In this document: one piece after another, positions 10,501 through 19,900 of the stretch
Layout of the letters: every line of letters begins with the position of its first letter
Numbering within the stretch: position 1 is the stretch's first letter
DNA from: Candidatus Altarchaeum sp.
GTDB lineage: Archaea; Altiarchaeota; Altiarchaeia; Altiarchaeales; Altiarchaeaceae
NCBI GenBank assembly: GCA_018260615.1
Contig: JAGWDQ010000111.1
Coordinates: 1 to 29,095, forward strand
Length of the DNA: 29,095 bases
Direction: 5' to 3'
The notes under the pieces: generated by a model
The model's database searches: none
Told to the model about the DNA's origin: nothing
Seen by the model: only the letters and a program-made list of their open reading frames with translations
Translations under genes and position numbers: made by a program

Positions 10501-10693
10501 GACAAACCGAATGAAAAATTTTTCCTTCAATTCCCGGAGAGGTCCCGGACTCTTTTGTTTTTGTTTCACCTGCTCCGACAGTATTAGAAACAGCAATTCC
10601 TGCGGTAACAGCTCCGCCAATTTTTAAGAAGTTTCTTCTTGTAATTTCAAAATCGCCTTCTATGCTCTCTGTTTTTGTTTTTAATTTTTCCAT
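7538..10693 (-). CDS. fdhA: Tat-exported Mo/W-bis-PGD formate dehydrogenase catalytic (alpha) subunit, FdnG-like, Cys-type
   Basis: Twin-arginine signal ITRRNFLK; [4Fe-4S] motif CPYCAVGC...CSKG; active-site HQARKCH; RGISNVQG; C-terminal molybdopterin-binding domain. Confidence 0.93.
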   Translation of the reverse strand: MEKLKTKTESIEGDFEITRRNFLKIGGAVTAGIAVSNTVGAGETKTKESGTSPGIEGKIFHSVCPYCAVGCGMKIYVKDNKVVHIEGDEENPINRGSLCSKGNAAIQQIYNDFRVKEPSKKTGNGHWEKILWNDAYNEISEKLKAIRTKYGPDAVGFYGCSHATNEEDYLIQKIARIFGTNNIEHQARKCHASTVGALAPSFGRGAMTNHWVDIKNAKCVFIIGSNIVENHPVGFQWVTEAREKNEAKIIVADPRYTKTANMSDIYMQHRPGTDIALINGICKEIIENKWYDEIYLMNRTNTPFLLNNEGKLIEIKISALPENKKLKIRSGSDNDKAIKIKITGKDENGKDIPFEEISLDGKNFVLSKNKFSFVSKIENEKASGEVEILDEQDKEISKIPAGVKVYGDCYGAYAGVWTAEEMKANKDTVFSKLVEVISPYTPEEVEKITGVEKETIKQTAEIFAKNKPVTILYSMGTTQHTTGVQYIRSYVVLQLLLGNIGIPGGGINAMRGISNVQGATDMGLCHILPAYLGVPQKDQKLGAYWSSFGKARLGKFRQNEIFNILTDNFPEDKFSGHKGGKGTGLWGINYEQLPKGNGYSSQVMLRKAKDGAVKALVIFGENPMVSSPNLNIVKEAFKNLELLVVVDIFESESAAAERNENSSTYLLPASTFAEKAGSVTNSGRCVQWRYKATEPLYESKSDLEILINLAEKLYEKGALNFDGNKFNSPQEAFNHAFNYGYLKGNNTNFDCEKVAEDVLKEVMKGCWIYDVIGKYSGVIETRSTDEFGDEVINNGTNYAKRRDNVSDNGEGVYPGWGWTWPVNRHVLYYVHTEKGKHLEIQYKFKDDTYRPNKKGSYFIPNDGFLTKEGVAALGALTSPLKDGFLPKHMEPIESPYPDISKKYPPYVKFDADPKKNTSNVGELEIGDVKDFPYVLTTFRLLEHMLAGQTTRNIPYLVELEPEPFCEINEKLANEKGINNGDYVKISTKRGSIRVRARVNGRVNEKTIAVTWHWGFKGLSTGDSANYLIIDALDPNANIPEYKVALCNIEKA

Positions 10694-10815
10694 TTTAATG
10701 TAGAGTAAATTTAAATCTTTTATAAATTAAAATTTAAATAAATTAAAATAATTTAAATAAATAATTAACATTAAATAAATAATAATTAATAACAAATAAT
10801 TAACATTAAAATAAA

Positions 10816-10930
10816 TAATTGATGTTTTTGCGTTTTGAAAGCATACTGATAAATTTAAATAAAGTGAGTTTTGATGAAACTTTTACAAAAAACTTTTGTG
10901 ATCAAATCCATAAAACGCAAAAGTCAATTA
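10816..10930. other. Imperfect long inverted repeat in the divergent fdhA/tatA intergenic region
   Basis: TTTTGCGTTTT (10826-10836) pairs with AAAACGCAAAA (10912-10922); outer TAATTGA/TCAATTA also complementary. Confidence 0.5.
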
Positions 10931-11000
10931 AACAAATTAAATTTAAATAAAATTAATTACTAATAATAAATTTAAAACAATTAAAAATCAAAAATTTAAA

Positions 11001-11237
11001 ATGTTTGGTTTGGGCTGGCAGGAATTATTAGTTGTATTGTTGATTCTTCTCTTGGTTTTTGGGGCGGCAAAACTTCCGGAATTAGCAAAATCATTGGGAA
11101 AAGCAAAAAAGGAATTTGAGAAAGGCATAAAAGGAGAAGAAGAAAATAAAGAAAAAGGAAAAGAAGAGTCCGGTAAGGAGACCTCTAAAAGTGCATCAGA
11201 GTCCGCAAAAAAGGATGCACCTAAATTTGAAAATTAA
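11001..11237 (+). CDS. tatA: Twin-arginine translocase subunit TatA
   Basis: [42 protein letters not shown] is the canonical TatA N-terminus. Confidence 0.96.
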   Translation: MFGLGWQELLVVLLILLLVFGAAKLPELAKSLGKAKKEFEKGIKGEEENKEKGKEESGKETSKSASESAKKDAPKFEN

Positions 11238-11258
11238 TAAAACTGACACTATTGCAGG

Positions 11259-12086
11259 ATGGATGAAAAGGCAGAAAATGCAGAAAAAAAAGAGCCAATA
11301 TGGAATCATTTGCAGGAACTTTTGAACCGTCTCAAAATAATTCTTGTATCAATCATTCTTGTTTCTGTTTTTGTTATGCTTATTCCGTCTTCCTTTTTTC
11401 CGTTTTTTGATGACAATAATTTAAATTTAACCCAAAATATTTCAAATAATGAGACAAACAATTATTTATATGACACATTTACTTCCTCTTTGTTAAAAAA
11501 GATAGAAAAAGACATTCTTCCAGATGGTGTTTCGCTGATTGCCGGCTCGTGGACAAGTTTGCTTGAGGTTTATTTTTTGCTTTCCATCGCAATCGCCATT
11601 GTTCTTTGCTTTCCCATAATTGTGTATGAAATTTATAAATTTTTAGAACCGGCACTTTATAAAAGAGAGAGAAATTTATTTATAAAATTTTTTGTTGCTT
11701 CCATATTACTCTTTATTTTTGGAATTGCTCTGGCATACTTATTAATTTTACCCATAACCTTTAAAATCCTTATGTTTTTTGTCAATATGCTCGGAGTTCT
11801 GCCTTTAATATCCATTGATAATTTTGTTTTTTTGGTTGTGGCAATGCTTTTGGGAACCGGATTCGTTTTTACAAGCCCTGTACTCTTGTATTTTTTAATA
11901 AAAACAAAAATTTTAAATTATAACTCAATTGCATCAAGAAGAAAATATGTTTATGCTGCACTCCTGATAGTAATAATGATACTGACACCTGACCCGACAA
12001 TCGTGACAGATGTTATACTGATAGTACCTCTTATTGTCCTGTTTGAAATAGCATTGTATATTGGAAAAAGAGGTGCTGATTTTTAA
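11259..12086 (+). CDS. tatC: Twin-arginine translocase subunit TatC
   Basis: HLQELLNRL, EIYKFLEPALY, TPDP motifs; six-TM pattern; follows tatA. Confidence 0.95.
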   Translation: MDEKAENAEKKEPIWNHLQELLNRLKIILVSIILVSVFVMLIPSSFFPFFDDNNLNLTQNISNNETNNYLYDTFTSSLLKKIEKDILPDGVSLIAGSWTSLLEVYFLLSIAIAIVLCFPIIVYEIYKFLEPALYKRERNLFIKFFVASILLFIFGIALAYLLILPITFKILMFFVNMLGVLPLISIDNFVFLVVAMLLGTGFVFTSPVLLYFLIKTKILNYNSIASRRKYVYAALLIVIMILTPDPTIVTDVILIVPLIVLFEIALYIGKRGADF

Positions 12087-12120
12087 ATTTTGCCATACCT
12101 CAATATTTTAAGGGGAACTA

Positions 12121-12377
12121 TTATAATCCTTTGTAGATATTCCTTCTATGTCCGACAACTCTGACTTTCAGTATCGGATTTAAAAAATCCACATCTATTA
12201 AAGCTCTATAATCACCTATTCTAAGTTTGTAAACATCCCCTCCTTCATAATGTTCAAGGTAATGAAAAGGGTCATCTTTCATTCTTTAACTTTCTTAATA
12301 ATCCTTGCTGATACATTTACGGGCAATTTTCTTAGATGCTCTCTAACATTTGGATCCCAATTTACATAGTAACTCAT
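12121..12377 (-). pseudogene. relE: RelE/ParE-family toxin, frameshifted by a 1-bp loss
   Basis: Manual translation: MSYYVNWDPNVREHLRKLPVNVSARIIKKVKE-stop (TGA 12281-12279); shifted frame continues MKDDPFHYLEHYEGGDVYKLRIGDYRALIDVD...KVRVVGHRRNIYKGL; span 257 bp = 86 codons minus 1 base. Confidence 0.85.
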
Positions 12378-12378
12378 C

Positions 12379-12570
12379 TTACAGGAACTCTTTTTCCATA
12401 TCTTCCTGACTTATATATTCACTATCAGGAGTTTTTCTTGCTTCTTTTAAGTTCTTTTTCGCCCAGTCACTTAGTTCGTATTCTTCATCCAACAAATGCT
12501 TTAAGTATGCCATGTCATCCATCAGTTTCATTATATTTTTATGCAGTATATTTAATGTCACGGTTTCCAT
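12379..12570 (-). CDS. Small antitoxin (RelB-like) of the RelE module
   Basis: 63 aa with acidic C-terminus; stop 1 bp before the relE start. Confidence 0.75.
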   Translation of the reverse strand: METVTLNILHKNIMKLMDDMAYLKHLLDEEYELSDWAKKNLKEARKTPDSEYISQEDMEKEFL

Positions 12571-12815
12571 AAAAACAAATTAAATTTTGCAAAATAATTT
12601 GTATTTTGTTATTAAATATGTGTAGAGGAATTAATTTAACAAAATTCATTAAAATTTAAAATTCATATTTTTAATTCCTCATTTTTATCCTGCGGGCAAC
12701 CTCAATCAACCAAAAATTTGTTTCACCAACCAAATAAATCAGGTTAATATCCACTATTAAAATTGGCTGCATGGTTTGTTTCTGTGAAGTACTTGTAAAA
12801 CGCAAACAAATTTAA

Positions 12816-12908
12816 TTATATTCCGCTGATAAATTCCAATATCTTTATTGCATCAAAAATATCTACACTTCCGTCATTGTTAACATCCAATGTTGGGTAC
12901 TCATCCCT
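12816..12908 (-). pseudogene. Orphan dockerin-like repeat fragment with no start codon
   Basis: Manual translation RDEYPTLDVNNDGSVDIFDAIKILEFISGI-stop: DxNxDGxVD Ca-loop plus helix resembling DIFDAVEMLEYLSG of the 1167-aa protein. Confidence 0.75.
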
Positions 12909-12910
12909 TT

Positions 12911-13083
12911 AAATTGGGATAATTATTTTGTGAGAGATTTTTTAAAAATCTGCTTAAAAATTATATTTTTCAAGCAAGGTAAATCATTATGTTTTTAACC
13001 TCACTCCGTTCGGATATTTACTCATTTCATTCGTAAATGACAAAAATTGTGAGTTTATAGACAAACATTAATTATCCCAATTT
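12911..13083. mobile_element. MITE-like element, about 173 bp, 15-bp perfect terminal inverted repeats
   Basis: AAATTGGGATAATTA (12911-12925) / TAATTATCCCAATTT (13069-13083); interior has hairpins and a 24-nt exact copy of the tandem-array linker (12996-13019). Confidence 0.6.
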
Positions 13084-13215
13084 TAGTGGGTCAGCACCAA
13101 AACTTTTATCTATTTCGTCAAGTCCTGTTGTTGATGCGTCAACCATTCCCATAATTGCAGCACTAATTATTGCTGCTCGTCCTATGGTCGCACATACTTT
13201 TTTAAATTTTCCCAT
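13072..13215 (-). pseudogene. 47-aa ORF resembling a signal peptide, ended by a stop inside the TIR; probable 5' part of the dockerin gene
   Basis: MGKFKKVCATIGRAAIISAAIMGMVDASTTGLDEIDKSFGADPLKLG-stop: basic N-region, hydrophobic core, VDA-S cleavage-like site. Confidence 0.5.
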
Positions 13216-13335
13216 CTTATTTTTTTAACAAAATTTTTTTATCTTGTTTTTCTTTTTCCTCTTTTGTAAATTTTTTTCCATTTTTTGAGGCAATATTAAA
13301 ATGTTATCTTTAATTATTAACTTAATTATTAAAAT

Positions 13336-16254
13336 TTAAATAAATTTTACATTTGCCATCCTTCTGACAATTGTCGGGTCAGCAATCTTTCGCGGCTTCC
13401 AGTTATTACATTTTAAAATTTCCTTTATCTCATCAGACATCGCCATAGGAATATCCCCTTCCACCCGTATAAATTTATCCAAATCATCCGGAAACGTATA
13501 TTTTCCCTTTCCTCCGTATTTTCTGTAAATATCAATATAATGTGACAATTTAATACTTCTTCCTTTTGTATTGTCGCCCGGCCTTAATGTCAGCTTTGAA
13601 ATCAGGAGCATAACTTCTTCCTTTGTATTTGCAGCATAACTTAAATGTAGAGGAGCCGGCTCACTGTCAAAAATTTCCCCGTTTGCAGTATTATAACATT
13701 TCCACCTGTCAAGCAGTCCCAAATTTTTCCGCCCGTAGTCAAAAATTTCACTGTTATTTTCGTAAGGATTTTCAACATCTCCTCTTAAGTCCTTCCTGTA
13801 TTTTACTCCCTGCGGCCCCAATATTACCGGAATTCCTAACCGGTTCACTCCGTTTCCAATTGCTACTGCTTTTGCAGACATTGCCCCCCAGGCCAGACCG
13901 ACAGCTCCTACTCTGTTAAGTATGTAATCGGCGATTTCCTCAAAATTTGCCCTTAAATTTCTCTTTGCGAATATATTTGCTACTTTCATTGCCGCTCCCG
14001 TAATGTGGGAATTTGCAACGCAGGAACCGACATTGACTATATTTCCCGGTCCGAAATTTCCCCTGTATTTTTCAAACAGATTATGCGTCCCGGAATAATC
14101 ACTTGCCGCCGCCATTGCAGAACATCCGCTGACTACAACGATAAAATTTCTCTTTATAAATTCCTCCAAAATTTCACCTAATTCCTTACCTCCATTGGGC
14201 CATATTGAACATCCGACAGCAGCAAGAATACCCGGAATCTCTCCGAAAACAATTGGCTGCCCGACATTTCTTATTTCAACATCCTGTATTGCTCCTCTTC
14301 CGGGAGAAATTTTTGCTTTATCGTTTGCCAGCTGGTCTTTATAAATTTCGGTAAATACGGATACTATGGGAATATTCCCGGGACACCACGATTCGCATCT
14401 TCCGCAGAATATACATTTTCCAAGTGATTCCAGAATTTCTTCTTTTGTTAAAAATTTAATGTCTGCAATTATATTTCTTCTTTCTCTTTCAACCCTGACA
14501 ACTTCTCTGATATTTATTTTTTTCGGACACTTTTTTTGACATAATCCGCACATTGCACAATCTTTCAGGATGGAAATTTCCTTTGCACCAATTTCTTTTC
14601 CTTCTTTAATTGCAGATATTAAATCAGAAATTTGAATATCGTTCGGACAATTTTTATTGCAAAGTTTGCATTCAATACAACTTTTTACCTCTTCGGTTAT
14701 TTTGTAATATTCATTCAGGCCTTTAATTAAAGAGTAATATGTTTCTTTTCCAATATTCCTTTTAGTTAATTCCGAACTTTTTTCATTTGAAATTTTTTGT
14801 AAAACATTGTATATGTATTGTCTTGAACAGCCAACTTCTTTTGCCAGCGCGGTTACAGTGTATTCCTTTTGTTTCAGTAAATTTATTATTTTATCTGCTA
14901 CAATATGCTCTTTATCTTTATGAACCGTGTTTTCTGTCTCTTTGTTTCCGGTTACTTCTTCACTTGTTTTACATTCCTCTGCCTTATTGAAAATTTGGTT
15001 TATGCTTTGAATGATTAGGTGGTTATCAACACCAACTGGACACGCCTTTTTACATAATCCGCAGTTAATACAATCGTTTGTTTTTTTTATTGCTCCTTCG
15101 TATAAATTTAAATTTTCTGTTTTTTCATTTTGCACATTTTTCTTTCTTTCCTTAATCTTCATAGCAACCTGGACAGCAACCTCTCCCAACTTTTCAAGGT
15201 CATGCAAATAACATCCCGGAATTTCCCCGCTCATTAATTTTTCAATAATTTCCTCGCTATTTTCGCCGCTTAAATCCTCTAATCCGGAAACATATTTATC
15301 GGTAGTAGCAATTAAAGGCGTTTTTAATTTCTTTAAATTTTCCAGCAGGTCAACTCTTATACATTGCTCATCGCTGATAACAACATCTGCAATTCCGGAT
15401 CTTATGTAGGGAAGCTGATAAGATAAAGGACCGACAATTTTTGCCCCTGTTCTGTATCTTCCCAAATCAAGTGCGGTGCAGCATATCCCGCAAATTTCAA
15501 CATCTTTATTATTTGCTTCCGCATAATCAATGGCAGAGGCACCTGCAAGAACATTGTGACCGACACATAGAATTATTGGTTTTTCTTTATTTACACTTCC
15601 GAAACCAAATTCGGCTAATTTCGGATTTGGCTCTCCTTTTGGAAAATTTAAGGCGGCAATCTGTGCCAGATCACAAATTTCCATTCCGACATGGTCAAGC
15701 ATTCCCGCATGTAATGCCTTGCTGTTGTAATCAAAGTCAGATGACTCTGTTCCGACATTAAGGCAGGAAGCAAGTTTTGTTATTTGCTCTTCAAAATAAT
15801 TTATTCCTCTCTCAAGGTCACCGATTGTTTCCGGCTTATATCCGCATACAAGCTGAATATTAGGCGCTCTTACTTCGGTATTTTCGGCTGTGTCCAATGG
15901 AAAATTTCTTCCGAATTTTTCTATCAGTGCGTGTACTAAATGCCTTCCGTGTGCAGCATGTGCCGATGCTCCGGTTATTGCTAATTGCAGTCCTTCCCTT
16001 GCTAAATGTCTTTCTAATGTAATGCCGCATGCTCCTTTCCTGTTGTCTGATAAATCGCAGAGACCTAAAGCACAAAACTGGCACTGCCGGATAAAACCGT
16101 AATATTCAGGTTTATATCTGTTCAGCAATTTCAAATCCCAGTCCCGCAAATCGGCAATATCCGGATTTGGTGTTGGTCCTTCCAACTCATTGTATTCTCT
16201 TTCCTCTTCAACCTCTCCGATTGAAATTTTTAAATTTTTGGTTTTGATTGTCAT
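13336..16254 (-). CDS. cdhA: ACDS-type CO dehydrogenase alpha subunit (apparently catalytic copy) with 4 ferredoxin motifs and an internal winged HTH
   Basis: AHAAHGRH, C-cluster ligand motifs VGHN, GICCT, DEQC, VGCS, SGCS, GSCV and conserved Lys (MSAKA); B-cluster CQFCALGLC...GAC; motifs CINCGLC, CIECKLC, CAMCGLC, CIFCGRC. Confidence 0.95.
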   Translation of the reverse strand: MTIKTKNLKISIGEVEEEREYNELEGPTPNPDIADLRDWDLKLLNRYKPEYYGFIRQCQFCALGLCDLSDNRKGACGITLERHLAREGLQLAITGASAHAAHGRHLVHALIEKFGRNFPLDTAENTEVRAPNIQLVCGYKPETIGDLERGINYFEEQITKLASCLNVGTESSDFDYNSKALHAGMLDHVGMEICDLAQIAALNFPKGEPNPKLAEFGFGSVNKEKPIILCVGHNVLAGASAIDYAEANNKDVEICGICCTALDLGRYRTGAKIVGPLSYQLPYIRSGIADVVISDEQCIRVDLLENLKKLKTPLIATTDKYVSGLEDLSGENSEEIIEKLMSGEIPGCYLHDLEKLGEVAVQVAMKIKERKKNVQNEKTENLNLYEGAIKKTNDCINCGLCKKACPVGVDNHLIIQSINQIFNKAEECKTSEEVTGNKETENTVHKDKEHIVADKIINLLKQKEYTVTALAKEVGCSRQYIYNVLQKISNEKSSELTKRNIGKETYYSLIKGLNEYYKITEEVKSCIECKLCNKNCPNDIQISDLISAIKEGKEIGAKEISILKDCAMCGLCQKKCPKKINIREVVRVERERRNIIADIKFLTKEEILESLGKCIFCGRCESWCPGNIPIVSVFTEIYKDQLANDKAKISPGRGAIQDVEIRNVGQPIVFGEIPGILAAVGCSIWPNGGKELGEILEEFIKRNFIVVVSGCSAMAAASDYSGTHNLFEKYRGNFGPGNIVNVGSCVANSHITGAAMKVANIFAKRNLRANFEEIADYILNRVGAVGLAWGAMSAKAVAIGNGVNRLGIPVILGPQGVKYRKDLRGDVENPYENNSEIFDYGRKNLGLLDRWKCYNTANGEIFDSEPAPLHLSYAANTKEEVMLLISKLTLRPGDNTKGRSIKLSHYIDIYRKYGGKGKYTFPDDLDKFIRVEGDIPMAMSDEIKEILKCNNWKPRKIADPTIVRRMANVKFI

Positions 16255-16268
16255 TTTATCCTAATTTT

Positions 16269-16856
16269 TCATTTACTTTTTACTTTGGATTTTTTCAATT
16301 CTTTTAATGTCTCATTACAGAGTCCTACCATATCCGGCATTTTCTGTCTTTGAAATAACTCTTTTGATTCTAAAATTTTTTGTTCTCCCTGAGCAAATTC
16401 GCATGTCAATTCATAAGCACGGGCAAAATTAAAATTTAATTTCGCCATTTCATAATCATCTAAAAGTTCCCGGGCATTCCATTCCTCATTAAGCCATTTT
16501 AATGCGTTATGGCCATCCTCAACATTTAAATATAACTCGGCAAGTTTTGCAGCAGGGTACAAACCTTTATCCCCTGCTTCATCTCTCATATTCCATAAAA
16601 ATTCATAAAGGGCTTTCAATACATTAAATGCATATTCTAATTCATCTTCTGACAAATTTCCTTTGAGTTCAAGTGCAATTACAAGTTCTGTCATTCCGTC
16701 TCCGAGTTTTTTAGCATCATTCTGTCCCACGAGTAAATTTCCCAAATTATAATGTGCTTTAGCGTCAATCGGATTTTTCAGTATTGCCTTTCTGAGTTCC
16801 TTCTCTGTTTCTTCAATCTCCTCTGTTGAAAGCAAATTTTTGCTTTTGGTTGCCAT
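16269..16856 (-). CDS. TPR-repeat protein
   Basis: AILKNPIDAKAHYNLGNLL and NFNFARAYEL TPR-type helices; ends 14 bp before cdhA. Confidence 0.75.
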   Translation of the reverse strand: MATKSKNLLSTEEIEETEKELRKAILKNPIDAKAHYNLGNLLVGQNDAKKLGDGMTELVIALELKGNLSEDELEYAFNVLKALYEFLWNMRDEAGDKGLYPAAKLAELYLNVEDGHNALKWLNEEWNARELLDDYEMAKLNFNFARAYELTCEFAQGEQKILESKELFQRQKMPDMVGLCNETLKELKKSKVKSK

Positions 16857-16942
16857 TTTTTATATTAATTATTTCGTTATTTATTCAGTTATCTTAAATT
16901 TTTGGTTTTTTAGCATTGTTTTGAGTATGTGAAAATAAAAAA

Positions 16943-19900
16943 TTAAATTTGTTCATCAGTAACAATCTTATCAATTAAAGCAAAGACATCAAAGAAATTT
17001 ATATCATCATCGTTATTCAAATTATAATATGATTTGCAGTAAGTTAAATTTTCTAAATTTTTCTGTCCGCTTAAATATTCAAGCATTTCAACTGCATCAA
17101 AGATGTCGGTTGCTTTACCAAATTTGTAGTAGCCCACAGGCACTGTACCTGGACAATTTGTAGCATTCTCGTCACATAGAGGTGTTGTTATTCTTGTCAA
17201 ATTAAATAATGTCTTTTCTAAAGAATGCTTGTTACAGCACATATCCCAAACGGCAAACTGGAATGTTATGTTGCAGGATGTGATGTTGTATTTGTCGTTT
17301 ATTTTATCCGGAACAGCAAAAGGAGCTAACTGATTGTCAAATCTCTTGTTCATATCCTTGTCACTAAGCAATGATGATGACCTTAACTGTGCGCATCCCT
17401 CACATTGAACATTCCATCCGGATATAGTAACATTTGTGTTTGTATCGTTGTTGTAATATGTGCAGTTAGCGAATACAAATATTCTGACAAATTCAATGTT
17501 TGAATCGTTTGCATTTAAAGCAACATAAGCACTATCTCCCAGTTTTAAGGTTTCATTTCCGGTTGCATAATTTCTTATAATTACAGAGGTATTATCTACT
17601 GCCGGCGGAATTGTATCACCTATTGTTATAGTTCCTAAAAATTCTTCATTCGCTGTTTCATTTTCAACCTTTACATTAATCTCATAGGTATTTGAATGCC
17701 ATTCTTTTGTTATTTCATCTCCTTTAAATTTGGATAATGAACTGAGTTTTATGCTGCACTTCTGAGATGTTGAGTTTATAATGTTGATGCAGGCAACATT
17801 CTCATTTGTAGTTATATTTTCAAGCGTTATTTCTTCTCCTGAATAGTCCTTTACTGTTATCTTTGAGATATTTGTTATAGAAGTTGTTACATTTATATAA
17901 GGTGATGGCAGATTGTATCTGGAGTAGTCCCTTACAATTGTGCTATACATGAAGTTATTATTTGTTGCACTATTTATCCAGCATGCTCCGTATATCTGAT
18001 CCGTCTCTTCGTTATTTCCATAATACAACTCATTACCATCTACTTTACTTTCTCCATAAGTGGAACTTGTGAAATTATTTGTATATTTCCTTATAAATAA
18101 GTCGCTATCGGTTATAAAGGTAATATATTTGTTATTTCCGTATGCAACGATATTAGGTAATGTTGCTGCCGGAATTCCCTGACCGCCTTTTTTATCTATA
18201 ACTTCAACAGTGGCATTGCTGCTCCCTGTTGCAGAATTCAGATTAAGATCATATTTATCAATAAATATTTTGTTTTCTGTTTTATTTACCAACATATACA
18301 ACCATATTGACTGACTATTAGCATCCTTGAAGTTAGATTCCCACTCCCTTCTTGTTGTTTCCGGAAGTTTCTTATTTACCTGATAGGCCAAATTAATCGT
18401 ATTGCCACCACATAAGATAGATGGTGATTCGGCACTAAATGCTCCAGTGAAATTTGTGATGTTCTTATCTTCTAAAAATCCAAGAGTGGAATTATATGTT
18501 TTTACATAGATATCATCAGAGAACCAATATGCAACATATACCTTATCATTACAGACAGTTACTACTGGCATATCTGTTCCAACACCTATGGAAGCTTTTG
18601 CCACCTCGTTAAAATTATTGTCATATTTTGCTACATATACCCCTCCTATTGCATCCGACTCGTTTGAAACATAAGTCAAATACCAACCATAAGTAGCATC
18701 TCTATATAAGTATGGTTTGTATGATTTTACATTGGCATTTGATAATCCACTAATCAAATATTTAATTGATGTTTTGGCAGTAAAATTATATGTCTTGACA
18801 TATACTTTTGGAATGTCATTCTGCCATTCTGCATAAGCAGTATAATAAAGTCCATTATAATTAACTACTGACCTTGCTTCCCTCCAAGCTCCTGGAGCTT
18901 CGTCTGTTACATTCTCTCCGGTAATGCCTGCTATATCAGTAAGATTTAAAGAACTCTTAAAGAATACTGTGGAAAACAAGTCATTTCTTTGTCCGTTATC
19001 CGCTGCATAACCCGAACCCAATGCGTCAAAACATCGCCCTTCACCACAGAACGATACACTTTGAGGATACACCTGACCATACCTGACAGACATTGATTTT
19101 GATGCCATAGTGCCGCATGAATCAGTTACATTAACCCTTATGACATAAGCACTTAAATTTTCCGAGCTAAACATTGCCGTATACTTCTTTTCACCTGTCA
19201 TGTTAATAGTTACGCTGACATTTAATGTCTGGTTGTTTTCGTTTAAAATTTCAACAGTTGGTATATTGGGGATATTGTTTTCTGATGTTACAACGATGTT
19301 TGCAGACATATTATTTCCTTCAAGCAACTGTGTTGAGATTGAAATTACAGGAACCTTTGTAACTACTGCAAACATTCCATTTATATCCGGATATTTATTT
19401 CCGAATTTATCGGCAATGCCGGAAATTTCATAAGAATAATTTCCCGTATCTGCATTTTGAATGTCTATTTTTCTGATGCAGTCCTTATCACAATCCATTG
19501 AAAAGGTCTGTATAGTTCCATCGGGATACATTAAATCTAAATTTGCATTTGTCAGGTTTGCTGTTGCAGAGACCTTAATTTCCCGTGTGGTGTTTCCGCC
19601 GCATATTTTTGTAACTTCCGCACTGTAACTTGGTTTCGCCTCTTTGGTCAAATAAATTTTTCCCGCATATACCGGGCATCCCGATGCTGCACTTACATTT
19701 ATAAGTTCCGAATAATTCTTTTGCATATCTAACGAGCCACCGGATAAAGATGCTGCTAAATTGTAACTTCCATAAGGCACTAACATTTCAAAATATCCGT
19801 CTTTACCTATGGTTATCGTATTTGGCCTGCTTGTTAAGGAAACCGCACTGCTTCCTAACCCTCCTGTGTAATTAGTATACTCCGCAACGACGGCTGACCC

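Noticed and set aside
7538-10693. Selenocysteine in FdhA
   Set aside because: Active-site position reads Cys (ARKCH) in an uninterrupted frame
10730-10820. AATAATTAACATTAAA-type short repeats as operator sites
   Set aside because: Low-complexity AT sequence; indistinguishable from slippage-derived background seen in other intergenic regions
14695-14895. Intein explaining the extra length of CdhA
   Set aside because: No intein N-terminal block or His-Asn C-terminal splice motif; the insert has wHTH features and is shared with the paralogue
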